NCBI GenBank assembly: GCA_022823405.1
Contig: JAJDXD010000116.1
Span: forward strand, 281 to 64,280
Reading direction: 5' to 3'
Origin: Gammaproteobacteria bacterium
Lineage (GTDB): Bacteria > Pseudomonadota > Gammaproteobacteria > Arenicellales > JAJDZL01
Length of the DNA stretch: 64,000 bases
A program made the position numbers and the translations under genes. Of the stretch, positions 36,792 through 45,629 are shown in pieces. Position 1 is the first letter of the stretch; each line of letters starts with the position of its first letter. Below the pieces are notes generated by a model. It ran no database searches. It had not been told where the DNA came from and saw only the letters and a program-made list of their open reading frames with translations.

Positions 36792-37568
36792 TCAATCGCG
36801 AATGCCGTAGCCTCGTTCCAGCAGAACCAGACAGAGGGTAAACAGAATTGCAGCGGCGACAAGAATTACCGTAAACGAAACTCCTATCCCAACATCACTG
36901 GACCCTAGGAAACCGTAGCGGGCGATATTGATTACGTAAAGAATCGGGTTTGCAAGAGATGCGAGTCGCCAGAATTCCGGCAGCAACTGCACCGAGTAAA
37001 ACACGCCTCCAAGGTAGATCAGCGGGGTCAGAACAAAGTTGGGAATGATGGAAACATCGTCGAATTTTTTTGCGAACATTCCATTCAACATCCCGCCCAA
37101 AGAAAACACCACTGATGCCAGAAGTATGACCAGGGCAGTTGTAAACGGGTGGACTATATCGACCGTGGCAAACAGCGTTGCCACAAGCAGAACCACAATT
37201 CCCACCATCACTCCTCGACAAACGCCTCCGGTTAGGTAGCCAATCAATATCACCGAACTGGGAACTGGTGAAACCATAATTTCTTCGATAAACCGCTGAA
37301 ATTTCGAAGAGAAGAATGAAGAAGCTACATTCGTGTAACTTCCTGTAATGACAGACATGAGAACCAGACCGGGGACAATGAAATCAATGTAGGTGTGACC
37401 TTGCATCGGCCCTATCCGGGGTCCGATCAAATTTCCGAATATCAGAAAATACAGACAGGTTGTGATAACCGGCGGGATCAGCGTCTGCGTCCAAATTCTC
37501 ATGAAACGCATAATCTCCTTGCGACACAAGGTGTAAAGCGCAACGGAACTATTTGATGATCTGTTCAT
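36792..37568 (-). CDS. ABC-2 type transporter permease (YadH-like)
   Basis: Six hydrophobic segments. Length 258 aa. Overlaps the upstream ATPase gene by 4 nt. Confidence 0.75.
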   Translation of the reverse strand: MNRSSNSSVALYTLCRKEIMRFMRIWTQTLIPPVITTCLYFLIFGNLIGPRIGPMQGHTYIDFIVPGLVLMSVITGSYTNVASSFFSSKFQRFIEEIMVSPVPSSVILIGYLTGGVCRGVMVGIVVLLVATLFATVDIVHPFTTALVILLASVVFSLGGMLNGMFAKKFDDVSIIPNFVLTPLIYLGGVFYSVQLLPEFWRLASLANPILYVINIARYGFLGSSDVGIGVSFTVILVAAAILFTLCLVLLERGYGIRD

Positions 37569-38533
37569 TCCGATTGATTCACCTGCATTTCAATGGCCTC
37601 TCTTCTCAATAGTTCCATGAAAAGCGTTTCCAAACGGTTGGACTTGGTTTGAATGCTGATGGCGTGGATATTGTGTTTCGATAGTGTCTCGAACACTGCA
37701 TTGATGCTACTGTTTCGGGTTATGTCCACTTCGACTGTCGTTGGGTCAACTAGTCGAACGGAATCGTTCAACTCTTTCGGCAGCACTTGTGAATCAATGG
37801 GCTGTACCAAATCAAGAACGTAAGTTTCCTGGTTGAGTTGTTTGAACAGGGACTTCATGTCAATATCCAGAATCAATTCACCAAGTTCAATAATCCCCAC
37901 GTTGCGGCATAATTTTTCTGCTTCCTGAAGGTAGTGCGTCGTCAGAATGATTGTGACACCCTTCTGGTTCAGATCCTGCAGGAATTCCCACATCGACAGC
38001 CTTGTTTCAAAGTCAATGCCGGCAGTCGGTTCATCCAGTATCAGCAATCGGGGCTCATGCATAAGTGCGCGGGCAATCATCAGTTTTCGTTTCATGCCAC
38101 CTGACAGCCTGCGCGCCGTGTTATTACGGTAATCCCACAAATTCAAAGTTGTCAGGTACTTTTCAGCCTGAAGAAGCGCCTTGGAGCGCGGGACTCCGTA
38201 GTAACCGGCGTGATTGATCACGATATTCCACGGTGTTTCAAATTGGTTGAAATTAATTTCCTGTGGTACCAGGCCAATATTTGACTTGGCGCGACCAAAG
38301 TCCTGGTCGATATCTACCCCAAATATGTAGACCTTACCAGATGACTTGGTAACCAGCGAACAGGTGATGCCAATGGTTGTTGATTTACCAGCTCCGTTTC
38401 TTCCGAGCAGTGCGTAGAAATCCCCCTCTTCAACTGAAAAGGAAACTCCCTTCAGTGCGATTCTGCCGTTTGAGTAGGTTTTCTTAAGGTTGGAAACGGA
38501 AAGCGCCTGATTTGAGGTGCCTGATTGAATCAC
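37565..38533 (-). CDS. ABC transporter ATP-binding protein (YadG-like)
   Basis: Walker A GRNGAGKST, signature LSGGMKRK and Walker B LLILDEPT. Length 322 aa. Confidence 0.8.
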   Translation of the reverse strand: MIQSGTSNQALSVSNLKKTYSNGRIALKGVSFSVEEGDFYALLGRNGAGKSTTIGITCSLVTKSSGKVYIFGVDIDQDFGRAKSNIGLVPQEINFNQFETPWNIVINHAGYYGVPRSKALLQAEKYLTTLNLWDYRNNTARRLSGGMKRKLMIARALMHEPRLLILDEPTAGIDFETRLSMWEFLQDLNQKGVTIILTTHYLQEAEKLCRNVGIIELGELILDIDMKSLFKQLNQETYVLDLVQPIDSQVLPKELNDSVRLVDPTTVEVDITRNSSINAVFETLSKHNIHAISIQTKSNRLETLFMELLRREAIEMQVNQSE

Positions 38534-39090
38534 TTAAGGTCGGAAATTGAAGAAAATTGAATTAGTACAATTTGTTGAATCTGTTTCGATTCAGTATCGG
38601 AAGAGCATAGGTCTACAGGTACTGAATATTCACATGTTTCAATTGCAGTAAAAGCAGAAAGGTCATAAAGCCCTAACAGCCTGCATTCGAAGCAACAGGG
38701 GGTTGCATAGAATTGAAGAATATGATATTCAAATTAGCCTTCTTGCAAGAACTTCTTTTCAAGCTCTGTATAGGTGGAATCAATCGCAAAAAGAAATTAA
38801 CACTATTACCGGCAGACGCACATTCCAAGCATTGTGATTTGCAATCTAAGCACACCGTGTTGGTAGGTAACCTCAAGCGACCGTACCGAGTGACCAACGT
38901 CTTAAATTTGGAACTGGTTATTTTTTGTTTATCCAGTCGACAGCAAAGTTGAAATTCCGCTCTATAGAATCTACATTATTTCTGACACTTCGTGGAATTG
39001 AGTCCAGACGGAAAATTGCCAATATAATTTGAGGTTCACAGACGAATGATTATCGAAGTCGTCTGAATTCGAATTGAGTGTTCTTATTCC

Positions 39091-39420
39091 ATGGAAACCA
39101 GCACACCTGTAGAAATATCACCGAGCGCAGCAAAGCGCGTATCGCAGCTGATGTCCGATAGTGACATCGGACTTCGAGTCTATATTGAGGGTGGCGGCTG
39201 TTCCGGATTCCAATATGGGTTTCAATTAGAAACGGAAAAGCAGGATGATGATTTCGTCATTGAAGAAAATGGAATCACCCTGCTGGTCGATTCACTCAGT
39301 ATCCAATACCTTATGGGAGCCAAAGTCGATTACCTGGACGATCTGATGGGGGCTCGATTTCTCGTGCAAAACCCGAATGCATCCACTACCTGTGGTTGCG
39401 GATCGTCTTTCGCCATTTGA
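39091..39420 (+). CDS. erpA: Iron-sulfur cluster insertion protein ErpA (HesB/IscA family)
   Basis: GGGCSGFQYGF and C-terminal CGCGSSF motifs. Length 109 aa. Confidence 0.85.
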   Translation: METSTPVEISPSAAKRVSQLMSDSDIGLRVYIEGGGCSGFQYGFQLETEKQDDDFVIEENGITLLVDSLSIQYLMGAKVDYLDDLMGARFLVQNPNASTTCGCGSSFAI

Positions 39421-39469
39421 TCTTTCACTGCCCCAACCGAGCGGGGCAAAATTCCTGATTTAATTTCAA

Positions 39470-40237
39470 ATGGACGTCCTCAGTACGCCCGCTTTGTTTT
39501 ATTCCGTTACGACTGGATTTTGTTTTCTGGTGGGTGTGCTGATCGGTACGTGCGGAATCGGCGGCATTCTGATTATCCCATTTCTCGTTTACGTCGCCAA
39601 TATTGACATTCACATCGTCATTCCCGCCTGTATGGCTGGATTTATCGTGAATGCGATATTTGCGAACTATGCTTACGCAAAGCGTGGTTCAATTCGCTGG
39701 GATAAAGCACTGTTTATTTCGATCGGTGCTGCGCCTGGTGCTTACCTAGGGTCCGTTACAGTCCTTGCAGCGTCGTCACTGGTGCTTGAGATAATCATTG
39801 CAACACTAGTGATCGGATCGGGTTTGCGCGCATTCCTTTCCTCATCAAGTGAGAATCGCGGCCTCGGCATACACCGCGTTCCCAATGTTGCTTTGATACT
39901 GGTCGGTCTGGCTATCGGATATGGCTCTTCATTGAGCGGTACGGGTGGGCCATTGCTCCTGATTCCGACTCTTCTATTGCTTGATTTTCCCATCATGGTC
40001 GCAGTCGGATTGAGCATGGCGATTCAGATTCCTATTGCGCCTTTCGCAACGCTAGGTCACGTCATTCACGGCACTATCGATTGGGCACTAGCTGTCCCCG
40101 TAGCAGTCGGGTTGTCTTCAGGCGTGCTGATTGGAGCGCGTATTGCACATAAGATTTCTGCCATTGCCATGCAACGTACCGTTGCAGTTGCTCTGCTAGG
40201 CTGTGGTGCAATGATTGTCGCCCAGTTTTTTGTCTGA
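39470..40237 (+). CDS. TauE/SafE family membrane protein (putative anion exporter)
   Basis: Multi-pass membrane protein of 255 aa with repeated glycine-rich helices typical of TauE/SafE. Confidence 0.65.
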   Translation: MDVLSTPALFYSVTTGFCFLVGVLIGTCGIGGILIIPFLVYVANIDIHIVIPACMAGFIVNAIFANYAYAKRGSIRWDKALFISIGAAPGAYLGSVTVLAASSLVLEIIIATLVIGSGLRAFLSSSSENRGLGIHRVPNVALILVGLAIGYGSSLSGTGGPLLLIPTLLLLDFPIMVAVGLSMAIQIPIAPFATLGHVIHGTIDWALAVPVAVGLSSGVLIGARIAHKISAIAMQRTVAVALLGCGAMIVAQFFV

Positions 40238-40338
40238 ACCGCTCCTGATCAATCAACCTAGTTTTTGCCGGTTTCACAATTACCCGAATTTGAATATCAT
40301 AGAGTTATTGCCATAAACTGCTTTTCAGGTGGTTATTG

Positions 40339-40953
40339 ATGAGTTCTAAACATAAGCATGCCCATCCCCCTTCAGAGGTTGAGCTCAAGGTTAAGGCCTT
40401 AGAATCACTGCTGATAGAAAAGGGGCTGATTGATCCACTCGCGCTGGATGAGTTGATCGATATCTACGAGCATCGGGTAGGTCCACAAAATGGTGCTCAG
40501 GTCGTTGCCCGAGCGTGGTGTGATTCAGACTATCTTCATCGACTGCTGGACAATGCGACAGAGGCGATTCGTGAATTCGGCTTTGAAGGGCGTCAGGGCG
40601 AAGACATGGTTGTCCTCGAAAATACACCAACCGTTCACAATATGGTTGTGTGCACGCTCTGCTCTTGTTATCCTTGGCCTGTACTTGGGTTGCCACCTGT
40701 CTGGTACAAGTCAGCACCTTACCGTGCGAGAGCTGTTTCTGAACCAAGGAGTGTACTTGCGGAGTTTGGTGTTGAACTTAGCGAGGATGTAGAAATTCGT
40801 GTTTGGGACAGCACTGCGGAAGTACGGTACCTGGTGATACCGATGCGCCCAGAAGGCACTGAAAACCTGTCGGAAAGTGAACTCGCTGAGTTGGTAACAC
40901 GCGACTCCATGATTGGAACAGGACTCGCACTGTCTCCGGAAGTGATTCAATGA
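40339..40953 (+). CDS. nthA: Nitrile hydratase alpha subunit, cobalt type
   Basis: Metal-binding motif [22 protein letters not shown]. Thr in CTLCSC indicates the Co type; Fe types carry CSLCSC. The ATG at 40339 is preferred over the TTG at 40336. Confidence 0.88.
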   Translation: MSSKHKHAHPPSEVELKVKALESLLIEKGLIDPLALDELIDIYEHRVGPQNGAQVVARAWCDSDYLHRLLDNATEAIREFGFEGRQGEDMVVLENTPTVHNMVVCTLCSCYPWPVLGLPPVWYKSAPYRARAVSEPRSVLAEFGVELSEDVEIRVWDSTAEVRYLVIPMRPEGTENLSESELAELVTRDSMIGTGLALSPEVIQ

Positions 40954-41261
40954 AAGGTGCACACGATTTAGGCGGTAAGACCGGTTTAGGTCCTATCGCA
41001 CCAGAGAAAGACGAGCCGGTTTTTCATCACGAGTGGGAAAAACGCGCGTTCGCCATTACAGTAGCCTGTGGATTTTTAGGCAAATGGAATCTCGATATGG
41101 CGCGATATGCCCGGGAACAAATGCCAGATCCGGAGTACCTTGCTTCCACCTACTACGAAAAATGGGCTCACGGATTGAGTCTGCTGCTAGTGGAGAAGGG
41201 ACTTCTGACCGAAGAGGAAATCCGAGAACGAATGAGCGAAATATCAAATGGTGATTCCTGA
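40950..41261 (+). CDS. nthB: Nitrile hydratase beta subunit, N-terminal half as a separate ORF (103 aa)
   Basis: [16 protein letters not shown]...[15 protein letters not shown] is the canonical NHase-beta N-terminus. ATGA overlap with the alpha-subunit stop. Confidence 0.8.
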   Translation: MKGAHDLGGKTGLGPIAPEKDEPVFHHEWEKRAFAITVACGFLGKWNLDMARYAREQMPDPEYLASTYYEKWAHGLSLLLVEKGLLTEEEIRERMSEISNGDS

Positions 41262-41605
41262 TGAGTGCGCTAAGTGCAAAAGAAGTCTGGCCAACTCTGA
41301 AAAGAGGCGGTAGCACGAAATTAGCTGATGATGGAGAGGCGAAGTTTTCTGTCGGCGATTCAGTCACTGCAAGAGTATTCAATCATGCTGGCCATATTCG
41401 CCTGCCGGAATATGTTCAAGGGCACCGCGGCCGAATTGCCTCGGATCACGGCATGTTCATATTCCCAGATCTGCATGCCGCTGGGATTAAACAATCACAG
41501 CGTCTTTATAACGTGCGATTTGAAGCTGCAGATATTTGGGCTGATGAAACTCGCCGCGGCGCAGTTTATGTCGATCTCTTTGAATCTTACCTAATCGAAG
41601 AGTAG
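41261..41605 (+). CDS. nthB: Nitrile hydratase beta subunit, C-terminal half as a separate ORF (114 aa)
   Basis: FSVGDSVTARVFNHAGHIRLPEYVQGHRGRI...YNVRFEAADIW...VYVDLFESYL matches the C-terminal SH3-like half of NHase beta. TGATG overlap with the preceding ORF. Confidence 0.8.
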   Translation: MSALSAKEVWPTLKRGGSTKLADDGEAKFSVGDSVTARVFNHAGHIRLPEYVQGHRGRIASDHGMFIFPDLHAAGIKQSQRLYNVRFEAADIWADETRRGAVYVDLFESYLIEE

Positions 41606-41892
41606 TGTCCACCAGCACTTCAATTTCGAAGTTTTATCACAACGGTGAAGAGCCTGTGTTTGCAGCGCCTTGGGAGGCGCATGCATTCGCCTTGACTGTG
41701 AAGTTGTACGAACAGGGTTTGTTTAGTTGGGTCGAGTGGAGCAGTTCGCTTGGAGAAGCGATCGCTACAGATACTGAAGCACCTTACTATGAAAGTTGGT
41801 TGAAAGCTCTGGAATCCCTGGTGTTACAGAAAGGAATAATTGAAGCTCAGGATCTATTGCAAGGGATAGCATCGCTCAGATCCAATCACTGA
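41605..41892 (+). CDS. Nitrile hydratase accessory (activator/metallochaperone) protein
   Basis: The beta-like segment EEPVFAAPWEAHAFALTVKLYEQGLFSWVEW is typical of NHase accessory proteins. The GTG start overlaps the preceding TAG (TAGTG). Length 95 aa. Confidence 0.7.
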   Translation: MSTSTSISKFYHNGEEPVFAAPWEAHAFALTVKLYEQGLFSWVEWSSSLGEAIATDTEAPYYESWLKALESLVLQKGIIEAQDLLQGIASLRSNH

Positions 41893-42061
41893 CCCTTGCT
41901 CTAGCATTATTTCACTTTATCAATTTTTCTCATCACTCCGATACGGTCGGAAATGACGACTTGCAGCTAGGCATTCAGTTCCGCTGATTTCAATTCACTC
42001 ACCATCAAAGCAGCGATTGCTACGTACAAAGCTGATGGTTAGGATTGGCAATAATTTCCAA

Positions 42062-42221
42062 ATTATTCGCCTTGGTCTGCGGAATGATCCAGTTTTCGGG
42101 ACTTTCTCAACCGCCGCACCGCGCCTGTGACATTAATGACAAGAACGAGCAGTGCGAAACCATAGGCACTCCAGACAAACTCCCCATAACCACTCATGGA
42201 AATAAATTCTGAAAAACTCAT
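42062..42221 (-). pseudogene. ccmD: ccmD (heme exporter protein D), apparently frameshifted at a GGGG run, or a 41-aa short form from ATG 42187
   Basis: ATG 42221 overlaps the ccmC stop (ATGA) and encodes MSFSEFISMSGYGE. The conserved continuation (G)KFVWSAYGFALLVLVINVTGAVRRLRK... is in the adjacent frame, which ends at TAA 42062-42064. The two frames join at GGGG 42182-42185. Confidence 0.6.
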
Positions 42222-42955
42222 CCAGACTCCTCAAGCTGTCTAAGCCATTTCGACTGATACTCAGTTTCCAGAATCATCGCTCTCATTCGAAGCGCCAGGA
42301 TCGTCAAAAACAGCAACATGAACCCGACCGTCATAACCAACAATGGTGTCAGCATACTGATATGTATCGAAGGGATGCCGAATTTCGAAACGGATGCAGT
42401 CTGATGAAGGGTATGCCACCACAAAACCGAGTAGTGAATAATTGGAATATTGACCACACCTGCCAGCAGTAAAATCGCACCGGCCTTTTGCCCTTTAGTA
42501 CGATCTGGGATTGCGGACTCAAGCGCAATGAAACCTAGATAAAGGAAAAGCAGAATCAACTCTGAAGTCAGCCTCGCATCCCAGGCCCACCATGCGCCCC
42601 ACATGGGTTTGCCCCAGATTGATCCGGTTACCAGTGTGATGAGCGTAAACGATGCTCCAATCGTTGCTGCAGCAGTACACGCCACGTGTGCCAGCTTAAT
42701 CCGCCAGATCAGACCAATCGCGCCGCTGACTGCCATCATGGTGTAAATCATCATAGACATCCATGCGGATGGAACATGAACAAACATAATCCGATAGGCA
42801 TCTTTCTGCTGGTAGTCGATCGGCGCAACGACCAGTCCCAGATAAAGCCCTAATGCGATTGTCAGCCCAGTCAGCCAACCCAACCAAGGTGTCAGTCGGG
42901 TTGCCAACGCATAGAAATGCCTGGCAGTGCTCAGTTTATGAAACCAAAGCCACAT
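42218..42955 (-). CDS. ccmC: Heme exporter protein C
   Basis: WWD motif WGKPMWGAWWAWDARLTSE. Six transmembrane helices. Length 245 aa. Confidence 0.9.
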   Translation of the reverse strand: MWLWFHKLSTARHFYALATRLTPWLGWLTGLTIALGLYLGLVVAPIDYQQKDAYRIMFVHVPSAWMSMMIYTMMAVSGAIGLIWRIKLAHVACTAAATIGASFTLITLVTGSIWGKPMWGAWWAWDARLTSELILLFLYLGFIALESAIPDRTKGQKAGAILLLAGVVNIPIIHYSVLWWHTLHQTASVSKFGIPSIHISMLTPLLVMTVGFMLLFLTILALRMRAMILETEYQSKWLRQLEESG

Positions 42956-42956
42956 C

Positions 42957-43628
42957 TTAATTGCTCAACATGATTCGAAGCGCGCCCGCGGTACCAAACG
43001 GTGATAGCGTCAAGGTAAACACGAAGAATGCACCAAGCAGCATCAGATGCCCGCTAATTGGCAATTGGTCAGCAGCAGCCGATACAGCTGAAACGGAAAA
43101 AATCAGGATGGGAACACAAAGTGGCAATGTCAGCAGCGAGAGCAGCATTCCGGCCTTTTTCTGGCTGATGACCAATGCTGCACCAAATATACCTATCAGA
43201 CTGAAAGTGGGTGTACTGATCGCAATGGTCACTACTAATATTGTCGTGCTGTGAGAATCAAGATTCATTAGTATACCCAGAATCGGACTAATCAGCAGTA
43301 GTGGTACACCAGCAGAAATCCAGTGGGCAAAGGCTTTTGCCAGTACCATTAGTGGTAGTGGTGCAGGTGCCGTCAGAATTTGCTCGAGTGTCCCATCTTC
43401 GTAGTCACTTCGAAACAATCCTTCCAGCGAAAGCATGGAGGCGAGTAGTGCAGAGACCCAGATCACACCGGGGCCAATTGACTTCAGAACTGCTATATCC
43501 TTGCCGGCGACAAACGAAAACAGCGTGGTGCAGACAACGAAAAATATGACTGGTGTTGTGTAATCACCCGGTGTTCTGGCAACCAGTGTCAGGTCGCGCT
43601 TTAAGAGCGCTCCAAATGCACGGGTCAT
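42957..43628 (-). CDS. ccmB: Heme exporter protein B
   Basis: FRSDYEDGTLEQIL motif. I prefer the start at MTRAFGALL (ATG 43628), which overlaps the ccmA stop as ATGA. The ORF track start at 43703 lies inside ccmA. Confidence 0.85.
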   Translation of the reverse strand: MTRAFGALLKRDLTLVARTPGDYTTPVIFFVVCTTLFSFVAGKDIAVLKSIGPGVIWVSALLASMLSLEGLFRSDYEDGTLEQILTAPAPLPLMVLAKAFAHWISAGVPLLLISPILGILMNLDSHSTTILVVTIAISTPTFSLIGIFGAALVISQKKAGMLLSLLTLPLCVPILIFSVSAVSAAADQLPISGHLMLLGAFFVFTLTLSPFGTAGALRIMLSN

Positions 43629-44245
43629 GACACTTCCCCCAACCGAATTTGGTTGACTTTGCTGTCCCGCCAGTCGATCGTCTGATGGGAAGTCGCAAGA
43701 CACAGTCGTCCCTGATCCAAATGCTGAATGATTAGATTTTTCACTGCATCAAGTGCCCGTTCATCCAGTGAAGTAAATGGCTCATCGAGCAGCCATAACC
43801 GTGCATCTGAAATTGCGAGCCTACCCAAAGCAACGCGTCTTTTCTGCCCAGCTGACAAAAATCGGCAGGGCACCTTCAGATATCGGGAAATACCCAATCG
43901 CTCCAGAACTTCAGGGATTGAATGGGCGGAAGGATTTCCTTTTATCGCCTGATGAAAATGCAGGTTTTCCTGAACTGTCAGGTCAAGATTGACACCGTTG
44001 TCGTGACCAACAAAAACCAGTGAACGAAAGTACTCAGAGCGAATGTTGGCGATTGATTCGCCATCCCAAAGAATCTCACCTGTTTCGGGTGTGGCAAGCC
44101 CGCAAATCAGACGTAGCAGACTGGTTTTGCCAGCACCATTTCGCCCCTTGATCAACAGCAATTCACCCCCGTTTACAGCAAACGAAAGATTCTTGAACAG
44201 CAAGCGTTCGCCTCTCGTACCGGCGAGGTTGTTGATTTGGAGCAT
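43625..44245 (-). CDS. ccmA: Cytochrome c biogenesis heme-exporting ATPase CcmA
   Basis: Walker A GRNGAGKTS, signature LSAGQKRR and Walker B LWLLDEPFTSLD. Length 206 aa. First gene of ccmABCD. Confidence 0.88.
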   Translation of the reverse strand: MLQINNLAGTRGERLLFKNLSFAVNGGELLLIKGRNGAGKTSLLRLICGLATPETGEILWDGESIANIRSEYFRSLVFVGHDNGVNLDLTVQENLHFHQAIKGNPSAHSIPEVLERLGISRYLKVPCRFLSAGQKRRVALGRLAISDARLWLLDEPFTSLDERALDAVKNLIIQHLDQGRLCLATSHQTIDWRDSKVNQIRLGEVS

Positions 44246-44453
44246 GCTGTGAAATAGAGAGTTTCGGATGAATTGAACGCAAACATTTTATTTCACCCGC
44301 AATGTTCGCAATGACCGGCAAAGGGATTGACAATCTGACGTCATTGGTTTCGCACCGGAGTTGGTACGCATAAATTGATTTTACAACTCTCTAAGTCAGT
44401 TTAAAATTTCGCTCATAAACAATAGAACGCTTTCGATTGTCAGGTCAAAAAGT

Positions 44454-45455
44454 ATGCAAGGTTTAAATTCACCACTACCGTTTCCGCACCACTCGCCAGA
44501 AGGTTACCGCTACCATGGTGAGCCAGTCAAATTTGATCCTGTCCGACACCTTCAGTTGGAACCGCCGGAATCCGTATTACGGCTGGGCGATCTCGGCTAT
44601 GGACCCGATCAGATTAAGAATTGTTCAACTGACTTCGCCGTTTCCAGTGCCGTCAGACTTTTGTCAGATGAAGGGGTTGAAGTCATGCTTGATGTTGCCC
44701 GTTCACTCAGAAAGTATGCAGTCAATTGCGAACGAATTGAGAACATGGTACGTGGTGGAACCTACCAGTCTGAATTTTTACGCGACTTTTGCATGAACCG
44801 CGAAGTGGCTGAATTTTTAAGTGAAATATTCGAAACACCCGTTGCACCGCATACCATGCCACTGCATCTGGGACACTTGAATTTCGCACCGGATGATCTA
44901 GACCGCGCAGTTGACAAGTGGCACTACGATACGCTTGGACTCGACTACGTGCTGATGCTATCTGACCCTACCGAATTTCAGGGCGGCGATTTTCAGTACT
45001 TTCTGGGTACTCGAGACGAAGCACAGGAATTTTCAGATAAAGGCATACCCATACCGGAAGACCGGGCTGTCAGCCCCCATTTTCCAGGTGCCGGCTATGC
45101 CATTGTTTTGCATGGCAATATGGTTGTTCATCGGGCTACTCGACTGACTCAGCGAGCCGAAAGAATTACACTGGTCAACGGTTACGTACCGCTGAATTCG
45201 CAAGCAGAAGATGTATGCCGATTTTCAGATTTGACACTGGTCGATCCACACCACGTTCTATTTGCGGAGTGGGCGCGGCACAAAGCGTGGCTGTCAGTCG
45301 GTAAGCTGCATCAGTTAATTGAAACTATTCCCTATACTGATGATCGACAAACCATCATTGAGCATCTGAAGCGCGCTATTGCAGATATTGAAACCGCGAT
45401 TGACGATATTAACGAAGACAACGAAAACGCATCAATGATTCACTATGGGGACTGA
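44454..45455 (+). CDS. Hypothetical protein, possibly Fe(II)/2-oxoglutarate dioxygenase-like fold
   Basis: Long ORF of 333 aa. An H-x-D (WHYDT) is followed about 70 aa later by VVHRATR, which is compatible with a facial triad. I recognise no family. Confidence 0.5.
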   Translation: MQGLNSPLPFPHHSPEGYRYHGEPVKFDPVRHLQLEPPESVLRLGDLGYGPDQIKNCSTDFAVSSAVRLLSDEGVEVMLDVARSLRKYAVNCERIENMVRGGTYQSEFLRDFCMNREVAEFLSEIFETPVAPHTMPLHLGHLNFAPDDLDRAVDKWHYDTLGLDYVLMLSDPTEFQGGDFQYFLGTRDEAQEFSDKGIPIPEDRAVSPHFPGAGYAIVLHGNMVVHRATRLTQRAERITLVNGYVPLNSQAEDVCRFSDLTLVDPHHVLFAEWARHKAWLSVGKLHQLIETIPYTDDRQTIIEHLKRAIADIETAIDDINEDNENASMIHYGD

Positions 45456-45629
45456 ATTCTCTCTGTGTAATTCACGGCCATAGAGCAGCCAGAATAGAAA
45501 TTACATTCTGACAGGTGCGCTGTTTTTGGTTTGGTCAGGTAGAGTCATTTTTTGCCATTTTTTCTACCCCCTGCCGGTTGGGAACCGTCGTTTGACTTTT
45601 TCTCTTGAGTCATCATCCTTCAGCGTCTG

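Noticed and set aside
38534-39090. A 557-bp gap between the ABC ATPase gene and erpA, with two overlapping 74-79-aa ORFs and a 7-bp hairpin (CAGACGA...TCGTCTG near 39040-39066)
   Set aside because: The ORFs are mutually antisense, lack motifs and lack a Shine-Dalgarno. The hairpin is short. The region is most simply divergent promoter sequence.
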